From a virus (taxonomy: Duplodnaviria; Heunggongvirae; Uroviricota; Caudoviricetes), in the IMG/VR virus record IMGVR_UViG_3300020156_000001, positions 298,321 through 362,320 of that record: a stretch of DNA of 64,000 nucleotides. One strand, 5' to 3'. Position 1 is the first letter of the stretch. Every line of letters starts with the position of its first letter. This document shows, piece after piece, positions 36,960-46,152 of this stretch. Made by a program: the position numbers and the translations under genes. The notes under the pieces were generated by a model that was not told the DNA's origin, made no database searches, and saw only the letters and a program-made list of their open reading frames with translations.

Positions 36960-37870
36960 GTGGAAATCACGCATAGCGTATTCATAGCAAGCATATCACG
37001 GATACCGTTAAGCAGAGGGTATTCCCACGGGAATACACCTAAACCAGTAAGTTTCGGTTCTACTCGTAAACTCGCAGTCCTCAACTTACTGGTTTAAGCT
37101 TTCAGCTAATCTATTAGAGCTTTTACTTCCCCAACTACGAATCAGTTATAACCCCTGGCATTGAGCGGATGAGCGGAAGCGAATAGAAGCGAAAATGCCT
37201 AATTATCCATTTCGGCGTAGCCGAAATTTATAATCTACCGAATAATATCTTCCAATTTAACCAAGGTACGGGTTCCCCCGGATGCGGGGAAACAGGCAAA
37301 AGGCGCACATGGGCTGGCATGTACGGATGTAAGGGGGCTAGGTCTGACTTGATCCCCTGGGTGTTACCACCACTATCCGCAGTTCCTAAAATTTCAAGTG
37401 AAAGTTTATCAGGACGGTCGTTGGTTCGTTAGACCAACAATTAACCCCATTCCTTATGCTCATACCAGCGGCTACGGAATGGGTTCGGTACTGCTTAGTC
37501 ACAGTACCACTAGACACGAATCGCATTTATCGATTCCACTAAACTGATCCCATTCTTCGGGGACAAGCTTAGATTCCCACAACTACCAAGGCATGATTTG
37601 TACGTTTCGCAGCCCTAATAGTGTATCGACGTCGTGCGCCGACAAATAGGAACGCTCCATCGTTCCTAAGTGGTAATGCCCGGGAGTTCACCCCTATTTT
37701 TGTTTTATTTGCGGGCAAGCCCTCAAAGAGGGAATTCAATTTGGAGTATTTGGGGGAGATGTCTCTGAGGGAGCCTTATTAGAAGCCAAGATGCATAATG
37801 CAACGTTCCAGTTATACGAGTTTAGGAAGTCCAAAGCAAGATAAAAGCACGCATATAAATATCTAAAAGT
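36960..37870. ncRNA. large structured non-coding element (ncRNA or replication origin)
   Basis: About 900 nt with no ORF of 60 aa or more and at least 9 clear stem-loops; a minus-strand TAAATA at 37881..37876 points into it. Confidence 0.55.
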
Positions 37871-37893
37871 TCATCTATTTATGGAATCCAAAA

Positions 37894-38418
37894 ATGACTA
37901 GTAAGCAAAAAGCAAAAGGCAATTCTTGGGAACTAGCCATCTGCAAATTTCTCGGGGAACACTTGGGTGGCCACTGGATGCGTGTTCCAAACTCGGGCGC
38001 GTATGTGGGCGGTAAAAACGTAACCCGCAAAGTGCTGTTGGATTCCGGACAAGTTCGCATGGTAAAGGGCGATATCATCGCTCCTGAAAATCTTCCAAAG
38101 ATGAACTTGGAAGCCAAGAACTACAAGGACATCGCGTTCCACCAGATTATCGATGGTTGCTGCAAACAACTCAACGATTGGATTGATCAAACTGAAACAC
38201 CTGCCGAGCCGGGCGATCTCAGCTTGACCATTTTTAAGATCACGCGCAAGGGTAGCTGGGTTGCATTCCGTGAATCGCTCAAGGACAAGTTTGAACTCAA
38301 GTCGTACGTTCACTATCAAAAGACCGATGACACCGCTTATATTGTCACCGACTATGAGTCCTTTGTGATTGCCAACAAGGAAAAACTTATTGAACTAGGA
38401 GCAAAGGGTACTGCATAA
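37894..38418 (+). CDS. Holliday junction resolvase-like PD-(D/E)XK nuclease
   Basis: KQKAKGNSWE, RVPNSGA, GDII, LEAKNY; TATAAATA at 37854. Confidence 0.85.
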   Translation: MTSKQKAKGNSWELAICKFLGEHLGGHWMRVPNSGAYVGGKNVTRKVLLDSGQVRMVKGDIIAPENLPKMNLEAKNYKDIAFHQIIDGCCKQLNDWIDQTETPAEPGDLSLTIFKITRKGSWVAFRESLKDKFELKSYVHYQKTDDTAYIVTDYESFVIANKEKLIELGAKGTA

Positions 38419-38442
38419 TAGGTAAAATTTAAGGAATTATCT

Positions 38443-38802
38443 ATGAGCAACACCAATCGTCCTCGTCCACTAAAGCTGAAGAAGCTCCCCAAAGGAATCT
38501 TCCGTTGGAAGGTTTGCTTTAAGATCGCCCCAGGTCATGGTCTCTCTTACTGGGACCGTTACCACGATGAAGATTTTACTCTGCCGGAAAGTGTATTCAC
38601 CTTCCTAAAGGACCAATGCGCGGGCAAGTATTGCCTGCATGAGCTGGGCAGCACAAAGATAAAAACTCGTTGGGATGAGCCCACCTATAAAAAGTACGAT
38701 TACTTGCTATTCGAGAATCAGTTTGACGTGACCATGTTCAAACTCACACATGGTTACTTGATTCGGCGCATTTACAAGATTGTGCTTGAAGGTGAAGAAT
38801 AA
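38443..38802 (+). CDS. hypothetical protein
   Basis: LLFENQFDVTMFKLTH motif; AAGGA RBS. Confidence 0.75.
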   Translation: MSNTNRPRPLKLKKLPKGIFRWKVCFKIAPGHGLSYWDRYHDEDFTLPESVFTFLKDQCAGKYCLHELGSTKIKTRWDEPTYKKYDYLLFENQFDVTMFKLTHGYLIRRIYKIVLEGEE

Positions 38803-38803
38803 C

Positions 38804-38830
38804 AAAAAGCCCGCAATTTGCGGGCTTTTT
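38804..38830. terminator. bidirectional terminator
   Basis: AAAAAGCCCGCA-ATT-TGCGGGCTTTTT between convergent genes. Confidence 0.85.
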
Positions 38831-38832
38831 TA

Positions 38833-39264
38833 TTAGTAGCCCGTGTGCTTGGGCCCTGAGATGTTAATTGTTCGTTTGCGCTCTTCGCGCTCTTTTTCCG
38901 CGGCAAGCCGATCTTTTTCAGCCTGCTCTTCAAGCTTTTCTTCTTCATCCGTGTGCTGCTCAACAAACGCAAATAGCTTGATAAAGCTTTCGTTATCCGT
39001 GAGCTTCCACATGACCAGCTTGCCCGAATTTAACAGGTAAAGCTCGTTTTCTTCCGTGTGAGGATTTTCTTCGAGGAACCAATCTTCTTCTTCAGTGCCA
39101 AGTTCGCGCTTGAGTCGCTTGCGCAGCTGATGCATTTCCATTGCGTTTGTGATAACGTCGTTGGATTTGACCAGTACGGCGCGAACCTTAAAACCCGAAA
39201 AGATCGTTTTCGGATGCCATACCGAATCGTACTTATTGACGAATCTAATTTCGAGTGCTGACAT
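38833..39264 (-). CDS. hypothetical protein
   Basis: 143 aa; GAGG RBS. Confidence 0.7.
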   Translation of the reverse strand: MSALEIRFVNKYDSVWHPKTIFSGFKVRAVLVKSNDVITNAMEMHQLRKRLKRELGTEEEDWFLEENPHTEENELYLLNSGKLVMWKLTDNESFIKLFAFVEQHTDEEEKLEEQAEKDRLAAEKEREERKRTINISGPKHTGY

Positions 39265-39322
39265 TGTTTGCCTCTAGTAGTGTGATAAAGCCGACCCTAC
39301 AACAGAGTCGGCTTCTAGTCAA

Positions 39323-41104
39323 TTACATATCGTCGGTAAAACTGACATAAGTGGTAAAGTTGTTTTCCTTTTGAACCACCGCAACACGATCAACTCGTGT
39401 TTCCAAGCCATCCTTGTGCGAGATGAGGAAAATGCTTTTGTTGTTGACCCTGCACATTTCCTTGAGGATTTCCAACGCACTATCCGTACCTGAGCCGTCC
39501 ATACCAGAGTCAACAAGCTCGTCAATGATCAGCAAGTTCAACTTGTGATTCATGCTTTCCCAAACATCGCGGAATGCCCAAGCCAGCGATAGGATAAGTC
39601 GATTTTGCTCACCGTTGCTAAGCTGTTCGAAATCAAAGTCACGACCAAGCTGAGTAATCTCAACACTCAAATCACTCTTGAACTCAACTTCGTGAGGCAA
39701 TTGGAGCTTTGTCAAGTAATGGCCCAAACGGAAGTTCAGGTAGCTTAGGTTCTGATCAATGATCTTCTTACGGATAAAGCTGTCTTTGGAAACCAATAGC
39801 TTCAATAGGAAGTCCTGGTGTTCCTTCATCGTTGTTAGCTCGTTGATATAGTCGAACGAGATTTCCTGTAGTGCGGTTTCACTTAGGTTTGCAATTTGAT
39901 CGATAAACGGATTCTCAACCAGGGTTTCGCGCTCAAGCTCACCGCGCAGCTTATCCAGCTGGCCGCGATGCTCATAAGCTTGCTCAACATTGCGATATGC
40001 AGTTTGCGGACGATCACCAAGAGTTGCTAGAACCTCAGCTAGTTCAACAAGCCCAGTTTCAATACCCGATTGTTCCGAACGCACCACTTTTAGTTCAGCG
40101 CGGATTTCTTCAAGCTCCGAATGGATACGGTTTGCAATGTGGTCATGGTCTTCCGTATGCAAACCCTGCAAGCAAGTTGGACACTTTTGCGAAAGTGCTA
40201 CATCTAGGGAAGAATTCTTCTTTACTTCACTTGCTTCATAGGAGCTTATAGAGCGCACGAGACGGGTGTTTTCACGATCAAGCACCTGCAGTTCCGAGTT
40301 AACCTCATCCCACTGCTTGAGTGCTTTGTGCGCGGCAATTTCCTTCTCGATATCAATCTCTTCAAGCTTGACCAGCGCAGTGGCTAAGTTTTCGATTTTC
40401 TTTTGTTGCTCACGTTCCCATATATTGGATTTAAAATTAAGGTCTCCAATAGCTTTTTGAACGCGATCGTTGGATTCACCAATAGTTTTGATGCGAAGTT
40501 CTTCATTACGAATTTCGTCCTTGATTTCCTTGATCATGTTTTTGAGGAGCTCAGCTTTTTCCGAAAGCTGGGTAATGCTGATAAGTTCCTCGATGATCTC
40601 GCGCTGCTTGTTAGCGGACTCGCTTAGGAATGGAGTAGTTTTCGTATGCAGAGCTACAAGGTGACGGAACAGTGCGTGGCTCATGCCAAACACTTTTTCA
40701 ATTTCCTGTTGTGTGATTTTGCTTTCACCATGCGCTTCATCGGAATCCGGCGCATTTACAAGATCGTCATTTACATAATAGCGAAGGAAGTTTGGTTTAC
40801 GACCACGCTCGATACGATACTGCTTTCCATCCACAGTATAATCAAGCGTAACAGCCATGCCCTTCTGATTCGTTTTGTTGATCAGATTGTCCTTTTTGAT
40901 GTTGGTCAGCGGCTGGCCGTAAATGGCAAATGCAATTGCCTGGACCATCGTAGTTTTACCAACACCATTACGGGAACCACTGGAACCTTGGTCAATGTTT
41001 TCACCAAGGACCAGCGTGAGAGCTGTGTCGTTGAGAAGAATTACCTGAGTATTGTTGCCAACACTCATAAAGTTCTTCATTGTTACGTTGTTGATTATGA
41101 TCAT
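39323..41104 (-). CDS. gp46: recombination endonuclease ATPase subunit (Rad50/SbcC, T4 gp46)
   Basis: Walker A NGVGKTT, CPTC zinc hook, LSNGEQ signature, LLIIDE, ISH. Confidence 0.95.
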   Translation of the reverse strand: MIIINNVTMKNFMSVGNNTQVILLNDTALTLVLGENIDQGSSGSRNGVGKTTMVQAIAFAIYGQPLTNIKKDNLINKTNQKGMAVTLDYTVDGKQYRIERGRKPNFLRYYVNDDLVNAPDSDEAHGESKITQQEIEKVFGMSHALFRHLVALHTKTTPFLSESANKQREIIEELISITQLSEKAELLKNMIKEIKDEIRNEELRIKTIGESNDRVQKAIGDLNFKSNIWEREQQKKIENLATALVKLEEIDIEKEIAAHKALKQWDEVNSELQVLDRENTRLVRSISSYEASEVKKNSSLDVALSQKCPTCLQGLHTEDHDHIANRIHSELEEIRAELKVVRSEQSGIETGLVELAEVLATLGDRPQTAYRNVEQAYEHRGQLDKLRGELERETLVENPFIDQIANLSETALQEISFDYINELTTMKEHQDFLLKLLVSKDSFIRKKIIDQNLSYLNFRLGHYLTKLQLPHEVEFKSDLSVEITQLGRDFDFEQLSNGEQNRLILSLAWAFRDVWESMNHKLNLLIIDELVDSGMDGSGTDSALEILKEMCRVNNKSIFLISHKDGLETRVDRVAVVQKENNFTTYVSFTDDM

Positions 41105-41168
41105 TCTCTGTCCCTTTGGGATTCTTATGTAATCCCATTATACGAACAGAGTTAACCAGAAAGCAATT

Positions 41169-41600
41169 TTAATCCTCGCGGAGGACTTCAGCTAGGGTGA
41201 TGGGAATTTCCACAACATTTACGTCCATGCGCAGCTTTATAATCGTGGGATGTGGTATATCAGTTTTGGTAAAGGCAATCACATAGGCTTCTTGCTGCCC
41301 AACTAACTGGTGATCACTATTCTCTTCAATTAGGTGCGCAACGTCAGTCCGCAAATTGTTAATGCGTCTGGTGTATTGGAAATAATTTTCGTTTATTTCT
41401 GATTGGAAGTTGGTTTCGCCATGCTCGTTGATAGCGTTGACCCAATCATTGAAATAAAAGACGTAACAGCGTTTGAAGGCCGTAATCGCTTCCCAAGGCG
41501 CGTTAGCCTTTGCAATACAATCGGCAATATCGTTGAATAGCCTGGAGTTTTGATCTTCAAGCTGTTCAACGAAATATTCGGGCTGAGGAAACTGTATCAT
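41169..41600 (-). CDS. hypothetical protein
   Basis: AGGAG RBS; 143 aa. Confidence 0.7.
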   Translation of the reverse strand: MIQFPQPEYFVEQLEDQNSRLFNDIADCIAKANAPWEAITAFKRCYVFYFNDWVNAINEHGETNFQSEINENYFQYTRRINNLRTDVAHLIEENSDHQLVGQQEAYVIAFTKTDIPHPTIIKLRMDVNVVEIPITLAEVLRED

Positions 41601-41621
41601 ATGGGCTCCTTTGAACCCATA

Positions 41622-42092
41622 TTAGCTGGATTGGTGTAATGCTGCAATAGCTGGCAAGTCGATGCCTTGGAGTTCAAGCATTTGGTATCCAACCTCAAGC
41701 TTGAACACCATTGGGCTGATAATCGTGTGAGGCTTTACAATCCAAATACTGTCAAACGTGCGGATGTGATAGTAAACGGGATCCGCATACTTGCGCATAA
41801 AGTCCGTAGTTTGCGCCGCAATCGCCTTATTTTGTACCTTGTAGTTGACGTATCGCACCATCCGCACAAACTCTTGCTCAAACGTATTGGTGTCGGGGTC
41901 CAATATGGTGTTTTGGCTTTCAAGTGTGAAGAATTGTGGATCGCAAACGTAGAATACTTGAAATCCACTGAAATCAACTGTGGGAGACTCATTCTCGGAA
42001 ACGAGCACCCGCATATCCTGCCATTCGCTCGCAATATACGCGCGAGCGTCTTCGGTAATGTTATCTTCCTGTAATAGTGGATGTGAGCTCAA
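41622..42092 (-). CDS. hypothetical protein
   Basis: Overlaps the gp47 stop. Confidence 0.65.
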   Translation of the reverse strand: MSSHPLLQEDNITEDARAYIASEWQDMRVLVSENESPTVDFSGFQVFYVCDPQFFTLESQNTILDPDTNTFEQEFVRMVRYVNYKVQNKAIAAQTTDFMRKYADPVYYHIRTFDSIWIVKPHTIISPMVFKLEVGYQMLELQGIDLPAIAALHQSS

Positions 42093-43120
42093 GTTAGGCT
42101 CCGGTAAATGTCGATGAGAACAGCTTTGTCCATTGTGAGAGAGTCGATATTCTTCAAACCCTCAATAACAATCTGATCAACGCTTTGGAACGTTACGTTG
42201 GCATCAGCAAAGTCTTGCTCATCGTTTTTCTTCGCACTTGGTATAATATCTAACTTGCGCGGAGTAAACTGCTGAATGAAAACTTCCTTGATGAACTGGA
42301 TCTCTTCGTAAGTGATGTCCAAATCCGAAACGATCTTTGCAAAGGTGCGTCCAGTAATGTGGTTCAACGGATCTTCAAGCAGATCCGAAAGATTCATTGT
42401 GCGGTAGCGAGGCGCACCAGGCCAGTTTACAAACTGTGGAGTTTGACCCCATTCCAGCAAAACCATGCCACGTTCATCATCCCAAGTATCCGCAAAGTTG
42501 TGGCCGAATGGGCTACCAACGTAGCAGACTTTACCCTTGACTTGGCGCTTGTGGAAGTGGCCGGAAAACGCCATAAACTCAAGTGCATCAAAATGCGTTG
42601 CGTTGAGCCCACCGTGATCGGGCATTTCAACCATCGCGTTCATCATAAAGTTGGGCAGCTCAAAGTGACCAAAAATATAGGATGATTTTGCCGCATACTT
42701 GGGGATTTGCTTCCAGTCATCACCTACGAGCCACGGACAGAATGTAACACCACCCGCATGTAGGAAATCGTTAACAAACGTGATGTTCTCGAAATTCCGC
42801 AGCATTGGAATCGACGACAGCTCACGCTTTTCCTTATAGTAGAGGTCGTGATTGCCTGAGATAAAGTAGATGTGCTTGAAGTTTTCGTTCAAGCGTTCCA
42901 TGTTTGAAAGAGAATAGTTTAGCGTACTAACGTGGATACTGTGGCGATTGTCGTGCCAGTCACCCAAGAAGATAACAGTATCAACGTCAAAATCTTTAGC
43001 CTGCTGTATAAACCACTTGATGTATTCTTCGCAGTCCATGTTGAACTGACGATCGTTGTTCTTTTTACCAAAGTGGATATCGCCAAAGATTGCGGCGCGC
43101 TTGAAAAGAGGTGCTGTCAT
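42089..43120 (-). CDS. gp47: recombination endonuclease nuclease subunit (Mre11/SbcD, T4 gp47)
   Basis: GDIHFG, LGDWHD, GNHD, GHFE, SGHFH metallophosphoesterase motifs. Confidence 0.95.
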   Translation of the reverse strand: MTAPLFKRAAIFGDIHFGKKNNDRQFNMDCEEYIKWFIQQAKDFDVDTVIFLGDWHDNRHSIHVSTLNYSLSNMERLNENFKHIYFISGNHDLYYKEKRELSSIPMLRNFENITFVNDFLHAGGVTFCPWLVGDDWKQIPKYAAKSSYIFGHFELPNFMMNAMVEMPDHGGLNATHFDALEFMAFSGHFHKRQVKGKVCYVGSPFGHNFADTWDDERGMVLLEWGQTPQFVNWPGAPRYRTMNLSDLLEDPLNHITGRTFAKIVSDLDITYEEIQFIKEVFIQQFTPRKLDIIPSAKKNDEQDFADANVTFQSVDQIVIEGLKNIDSLTMDKAVLIDIYRSLT

Positions 43121-43180
43121 AGAAATGGTTCCTGAAACTATTAACGCATTATGCTAGTTCAGGAACCATTAAGTCAATTT

Positions 43181-43477
43181 TTAAAACCAGAAGAGACCGT
43201 CTTCAAAAGTTTCGATTTTAGCTGAGCAATGTTCGGAAATTTCCTCAGCTTGTTCCTTATCAAGCTCAATGCTTTGGGTTTGGCCACGAGCGTGTTTGAA
43301 CTCAACATACCACTTTGGTTCATCGAGGATTTGCAAGCCATCGGGAGTTTTGTCGGATATGTGATACAAGCGTGCGCCTTTGCTGGCAATTGCCTCACAA
43401 ATACCCACGTGGCGACCATCCTTGGATGTAAACTCCACCCAAGGAAAACGAGGAAGAATTTGGCTATTCTTGTACAT
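43181..43477 (-). CDS. hypothetical protein
   Basis: Coupled to the glycosyltransferase gene. Confidence 0.6.
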   Translation of the reverse strand: MYKNSQILPRFPWVEFTSKDGRHVGICEAIASKGARLYHISDKTPDGLQILDEPKWYVEFKHARGQTQSIELDKEQAEEISEHCSAKIETFEDGLFWF

Positions 43478-44352
43478 TAGGTACCAAAATCAAAGAGTGT
43501 GTTGAGCGTGGTATTTGCGCGGGGAACAACAAACTCAGTTTGCGCGTGCTGCCAACACTTCTTAAGGAATTCTGAACGATCTAGTAGGTGAGAGTCCTCA
43601 ACCATACGGAGACCCAAGTGCGCGTACTGCTGAGCAATTCGTGTGTTGCCGTCGAGCATTCTAGGAACGCGAAGTTCGGCAGCCGCAGCAAAGTGGCTAG
43701 CTTTACCAGAGAGCTCGTGTAGGACTAAGTTATGGCTTTGCAACACAGTATGTCCTGCGGCCACACAATCCACAGCAAACTTTGTATCTTCCTGCCAGTT
43801 GAAGTCAATGTCAGGGAGAACTTCGGTCATGCCATACTTGCGAAAGTTACGCACAACAAACATGCTGCCTTTGAGATCCATTGAACGCTTGAATACGTGG
43901 TTCTCTTCGTACTTGGTGCGGTTCTTATCCCAAATTGGGTTAAAGCCAATCTTCTGTGGGTTGATTGGAAAGAATACATCCACACCCGCATACGAGGGAA
44001 TTTGCTTGGCCATTTCCTCAAATAGCTTTGGTCCCAAGTTGTGCTGGGGCTTGTCATAGAGGATGGCATCATCGTCCATCATAATGCCAAAATCGTAGTC
44101 ACTCTTGTAAAAGTGTTCAAACCCAACACGGCGCGCCGGCGTAAGCTTCATCGGCGGATTGACAATATAGTTGAGCCGCTTGGATGGACCAATAAAGTCG
44201 GTTGGCTCATAATTCATCGCAATCACATTGATTGGAACTTCCGTATTGTCAAGCCACCATTGGATCTGGCGTTTGGTAATTGCGGAACGTGAGTCCCGCA
44301 ATTCTTGATTATCCAGTGGAAGAAATGAAACAATATAAGCGGCAAAGCTCAT
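43477..44352 (-). CDS. GT-A fold glycosyltransferase, putative DNA-modifying
   Basis: GIMMDDDA DxD motif and later QEDT; sits between gp55 and gp47 like T4 a-gt. Confidence 0.6.
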   Translation of the reverse strand: MSFAAYIVSFLPLDNQELRDSRSAITKRQIQWWLDNTEVPINVIAMNYEPTDFIGPSKRLNYIVNPPMKLTPARRVGFEHFYKSDYDFGIMMDDDAILYDKPQHNLGPKLFEEMAKQIPSYAGVDVFFPINPQKIGFNPIWDKNRTKYEENHVFKRSMDLKGSMFVVRNFRKYGMTEVLPDIDFNWQEDTKFAVDCVAAGHTVLQSHNLVLHELSGKASHFAAAAELRVPRMLDGNTRIAQQYAHLGLRMVEDSHLLDRSEFLKKCWQHAQTEFVVPRANTTLNTLFDFGT

Positions 44353-44549
44353 TGTTTGTCCTTTTGTCCGTCGATACGTTCTTGCAACATTTGATTAAGC
44401 ATTTGCTCAACACCCGGACCAAATGAATGCTCTATCTCTTGAGGAAGTTCCATAGTCCATTCCGCCTTTAGCTGACGGGTTTTGGCCTGAACCAAAACCT
44501 TGTCGATTTTGACCTTTGGAAACTTGGGTTTCCCATTACTTTTGTACAT
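44349..44549 (-). CDS. 66-aa protein homologous to an internal segment of the major capsid protein
   Basis: 16/48 ungapped identities to this window's gp23 (KTRQLKAEWTME vs KTRRLSARWTFE). Confidence 0.7.
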   Translation of the reverse strand: MYKSNGKPKFPKVKIDKVLVQAKTRQLKAEWTMELPQEIEHSFGPGVEQMLNQMLQERIDGQKDKQ

Positions 44550-45406
44550 TACTTGGCCGCTCCTTGGGACATTTCGTGCTCAACCATACGAGTGTGCGAT
44601 GGTGTCTGACCCTGCATGATGAGAATGTCATCGCGAATGTTTTGGTTGCGCTTTTCCTTGTGGAAAACACCAGTAAACGAATTGGTCATTGTTGTGGTGT
44701 AATAGGCAAAAGGATTTTGCGAACGACGCTCATCAAACTTTAGACCAACTTGAATCAGCTGAAGCAACGACTGGTTCTTCATTTCGTCAAGATAGGAATA
44801 ACCACGCCAGTTTGGCTTTTGTGAATACCGGTCAACCAGCTTCATGTACATTTGCGCCAAACGATCCGTAATATTGCCGTGATCCATCGAGAAGTAACCA
44901 TTGTCCAAGCCATTCTTCCAATGGCTGCGACCTACTTCTTTGAATGAAAGCTTGGAGAAGTCAATCACTTCATCATGAACGTTGCCGTCATAGCTGAGCA
45001 AGAAGTGCTTGAAAGGGTTGAAGTTGACCTTTACACGGGCTTCCTCATCCTTCTTTAGCTTTTGGCTTGGCTTGAGTTCTTCCTCTGGAAGCAAAGGAAT
45101 ATGCGCGTCGGTCATGACACGAAACACAAGCTGGTCAATTGGAATCTCTTTGGGCTCAACAAGATCAACTTTGATCTGGTGCGTTTTGAGACCCTTGTTC
45201 TTTTGCACAAGCTTGGCAGCTTGCATTTGGGCAGTTGCACGCTTGGCACGTGCTTCATCAATAAGTTCCTGCGTGACCTCATTTAGGTCAAGAATGATCG
45301 CATCATACGCCGCATAGGACTTGTCGATAAAATAGCAATAGGAGCTTTTTGAACGATGGATCTCGTGAAGGAGCTCTTTATTGGAAAGGAAGTTTACCTT
45401 GGCCAT
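44549..45406 (-). CDS. gp55: late-transcription sigma factor (T4 gp55-like)
   Basis: FLSNKELL, PNWRGYSYLDEM, KFDERRSQNPFAYYT. Confidence 0.9.
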   Translation of the reverse strand: MAKVNFLSNKELLHEIHRSKSSYCYFIDKSYAAYDAIILDLNEVTQELIDEARAKRATAQMQAAKLVQKNKGLKTHQIKVDLVEPKEIPIDQLVFRVMTDAHIPLLPEEELKPSQKLKKDEEARVKVNFNPFKHFLLSYDGNVHDEVIDFSKLSFKEVGRSHWKNGLDNGYFSMDHGNITDRLAQMYMKLVDRYSQKPNWRGYSYLDEMKNQSLLQLIQVGLKFDERRSQNPFAYYTTTMTNSFTGVFHKEKRNQNIRDDILIMQGQTPSHTRMVEHEMSQGAAK

Positions 45407-45609
45407 TATATCTCTTTTAATATTGAGTTTTTGAGAACGCTTGTATAGGACAGGTGCTATACGATTCTAACGATTTTAATTAAATCCAGAATATAATTTC
45501 TGGTGTAAAATGTCAAGTTAGGATTGATTTTATCGCGTTCTAGTTATAAGAGGGTGGGTCCAGTTATAGCTAGTTTTATTGGAAGTCATAAATACCGTAG
45601 AAGGTACAG

Positions 45610-46152
45610 ATGAGCAACATCGTTTTAGGTGGAGGTCGTTGCAATCCTCCGACACGTGGGCACTACGTTTTGATTCGCAAGCTGGAAAAGCTTGCTCAGC
45701 AACATGGGGTGCGTGCGGAAATGTTCATCATTGATGGTGAGCAAAGCGGACAGGATAAGCAAAAGAATCCACTAACTCCGGAACAACGGGTTGCAATTCT
45801 ACGGGGATGGTTTCCAAATGTTCGCTTCGATATCGCCGGCTCCGCTTATGAAGTCATGGAGATACTTGAAGTCCAGGGTAAGCGTCCTACTGTAATGGTA
45901 GCTGGCTCCGATCGGGCTAAGAAATACCGCAGACTGCTCGACTACTCGGGCTTTACTGAGGCAAAGATCTTGGAACTTGATCGCGATGACGGAGACGCCG
46001 ATGGTGTTTCCGCCACAAAGGCAAGATCTGCGGCTGCGGCTGGAGATTTTGATGAGTTTGTCCGTATGATGCCTTCTGAAGTTAACTTCAGCTCGCTACG
46101 AGAGTCCTTTGACCTCGTAAGAAAGGCACTCATAGAGGATGGCAACGGATAA
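45610..46152 (+). CDS. cytidyltransferase-like (HxGH) nucleotidyltransferase
   Basis: GRCNPPTRGH, KNPL, VAGSDR, VSATKAR; TAAATA at 45589. Confidence 0.85.
   Translation: MSNIVLGGGRCNPPTRGHYVLIRKLEKLAQQHGVRAEMFIIDGEQSGQDKQKNPLTPEQRVAILRGWFPNVRFDIAGSAYEVMEILEVQGKRPTVMVAGSDRAKKYRRLLDYSGFTEAKILELDRDDGDADGVSATKARSAAAAGDFDEFVRMMPSEVNFSSLRESFDLVRKALIEDGNG

Noticed and set aside
36960-37870. Group I/II intron or retron interpretation of the structured region
   Set aside because: The flanking genes (rnhA and the resolvase) are intact and divergent, so there is no interrupted exon pair, and no reverse transcriptase is present in the window.
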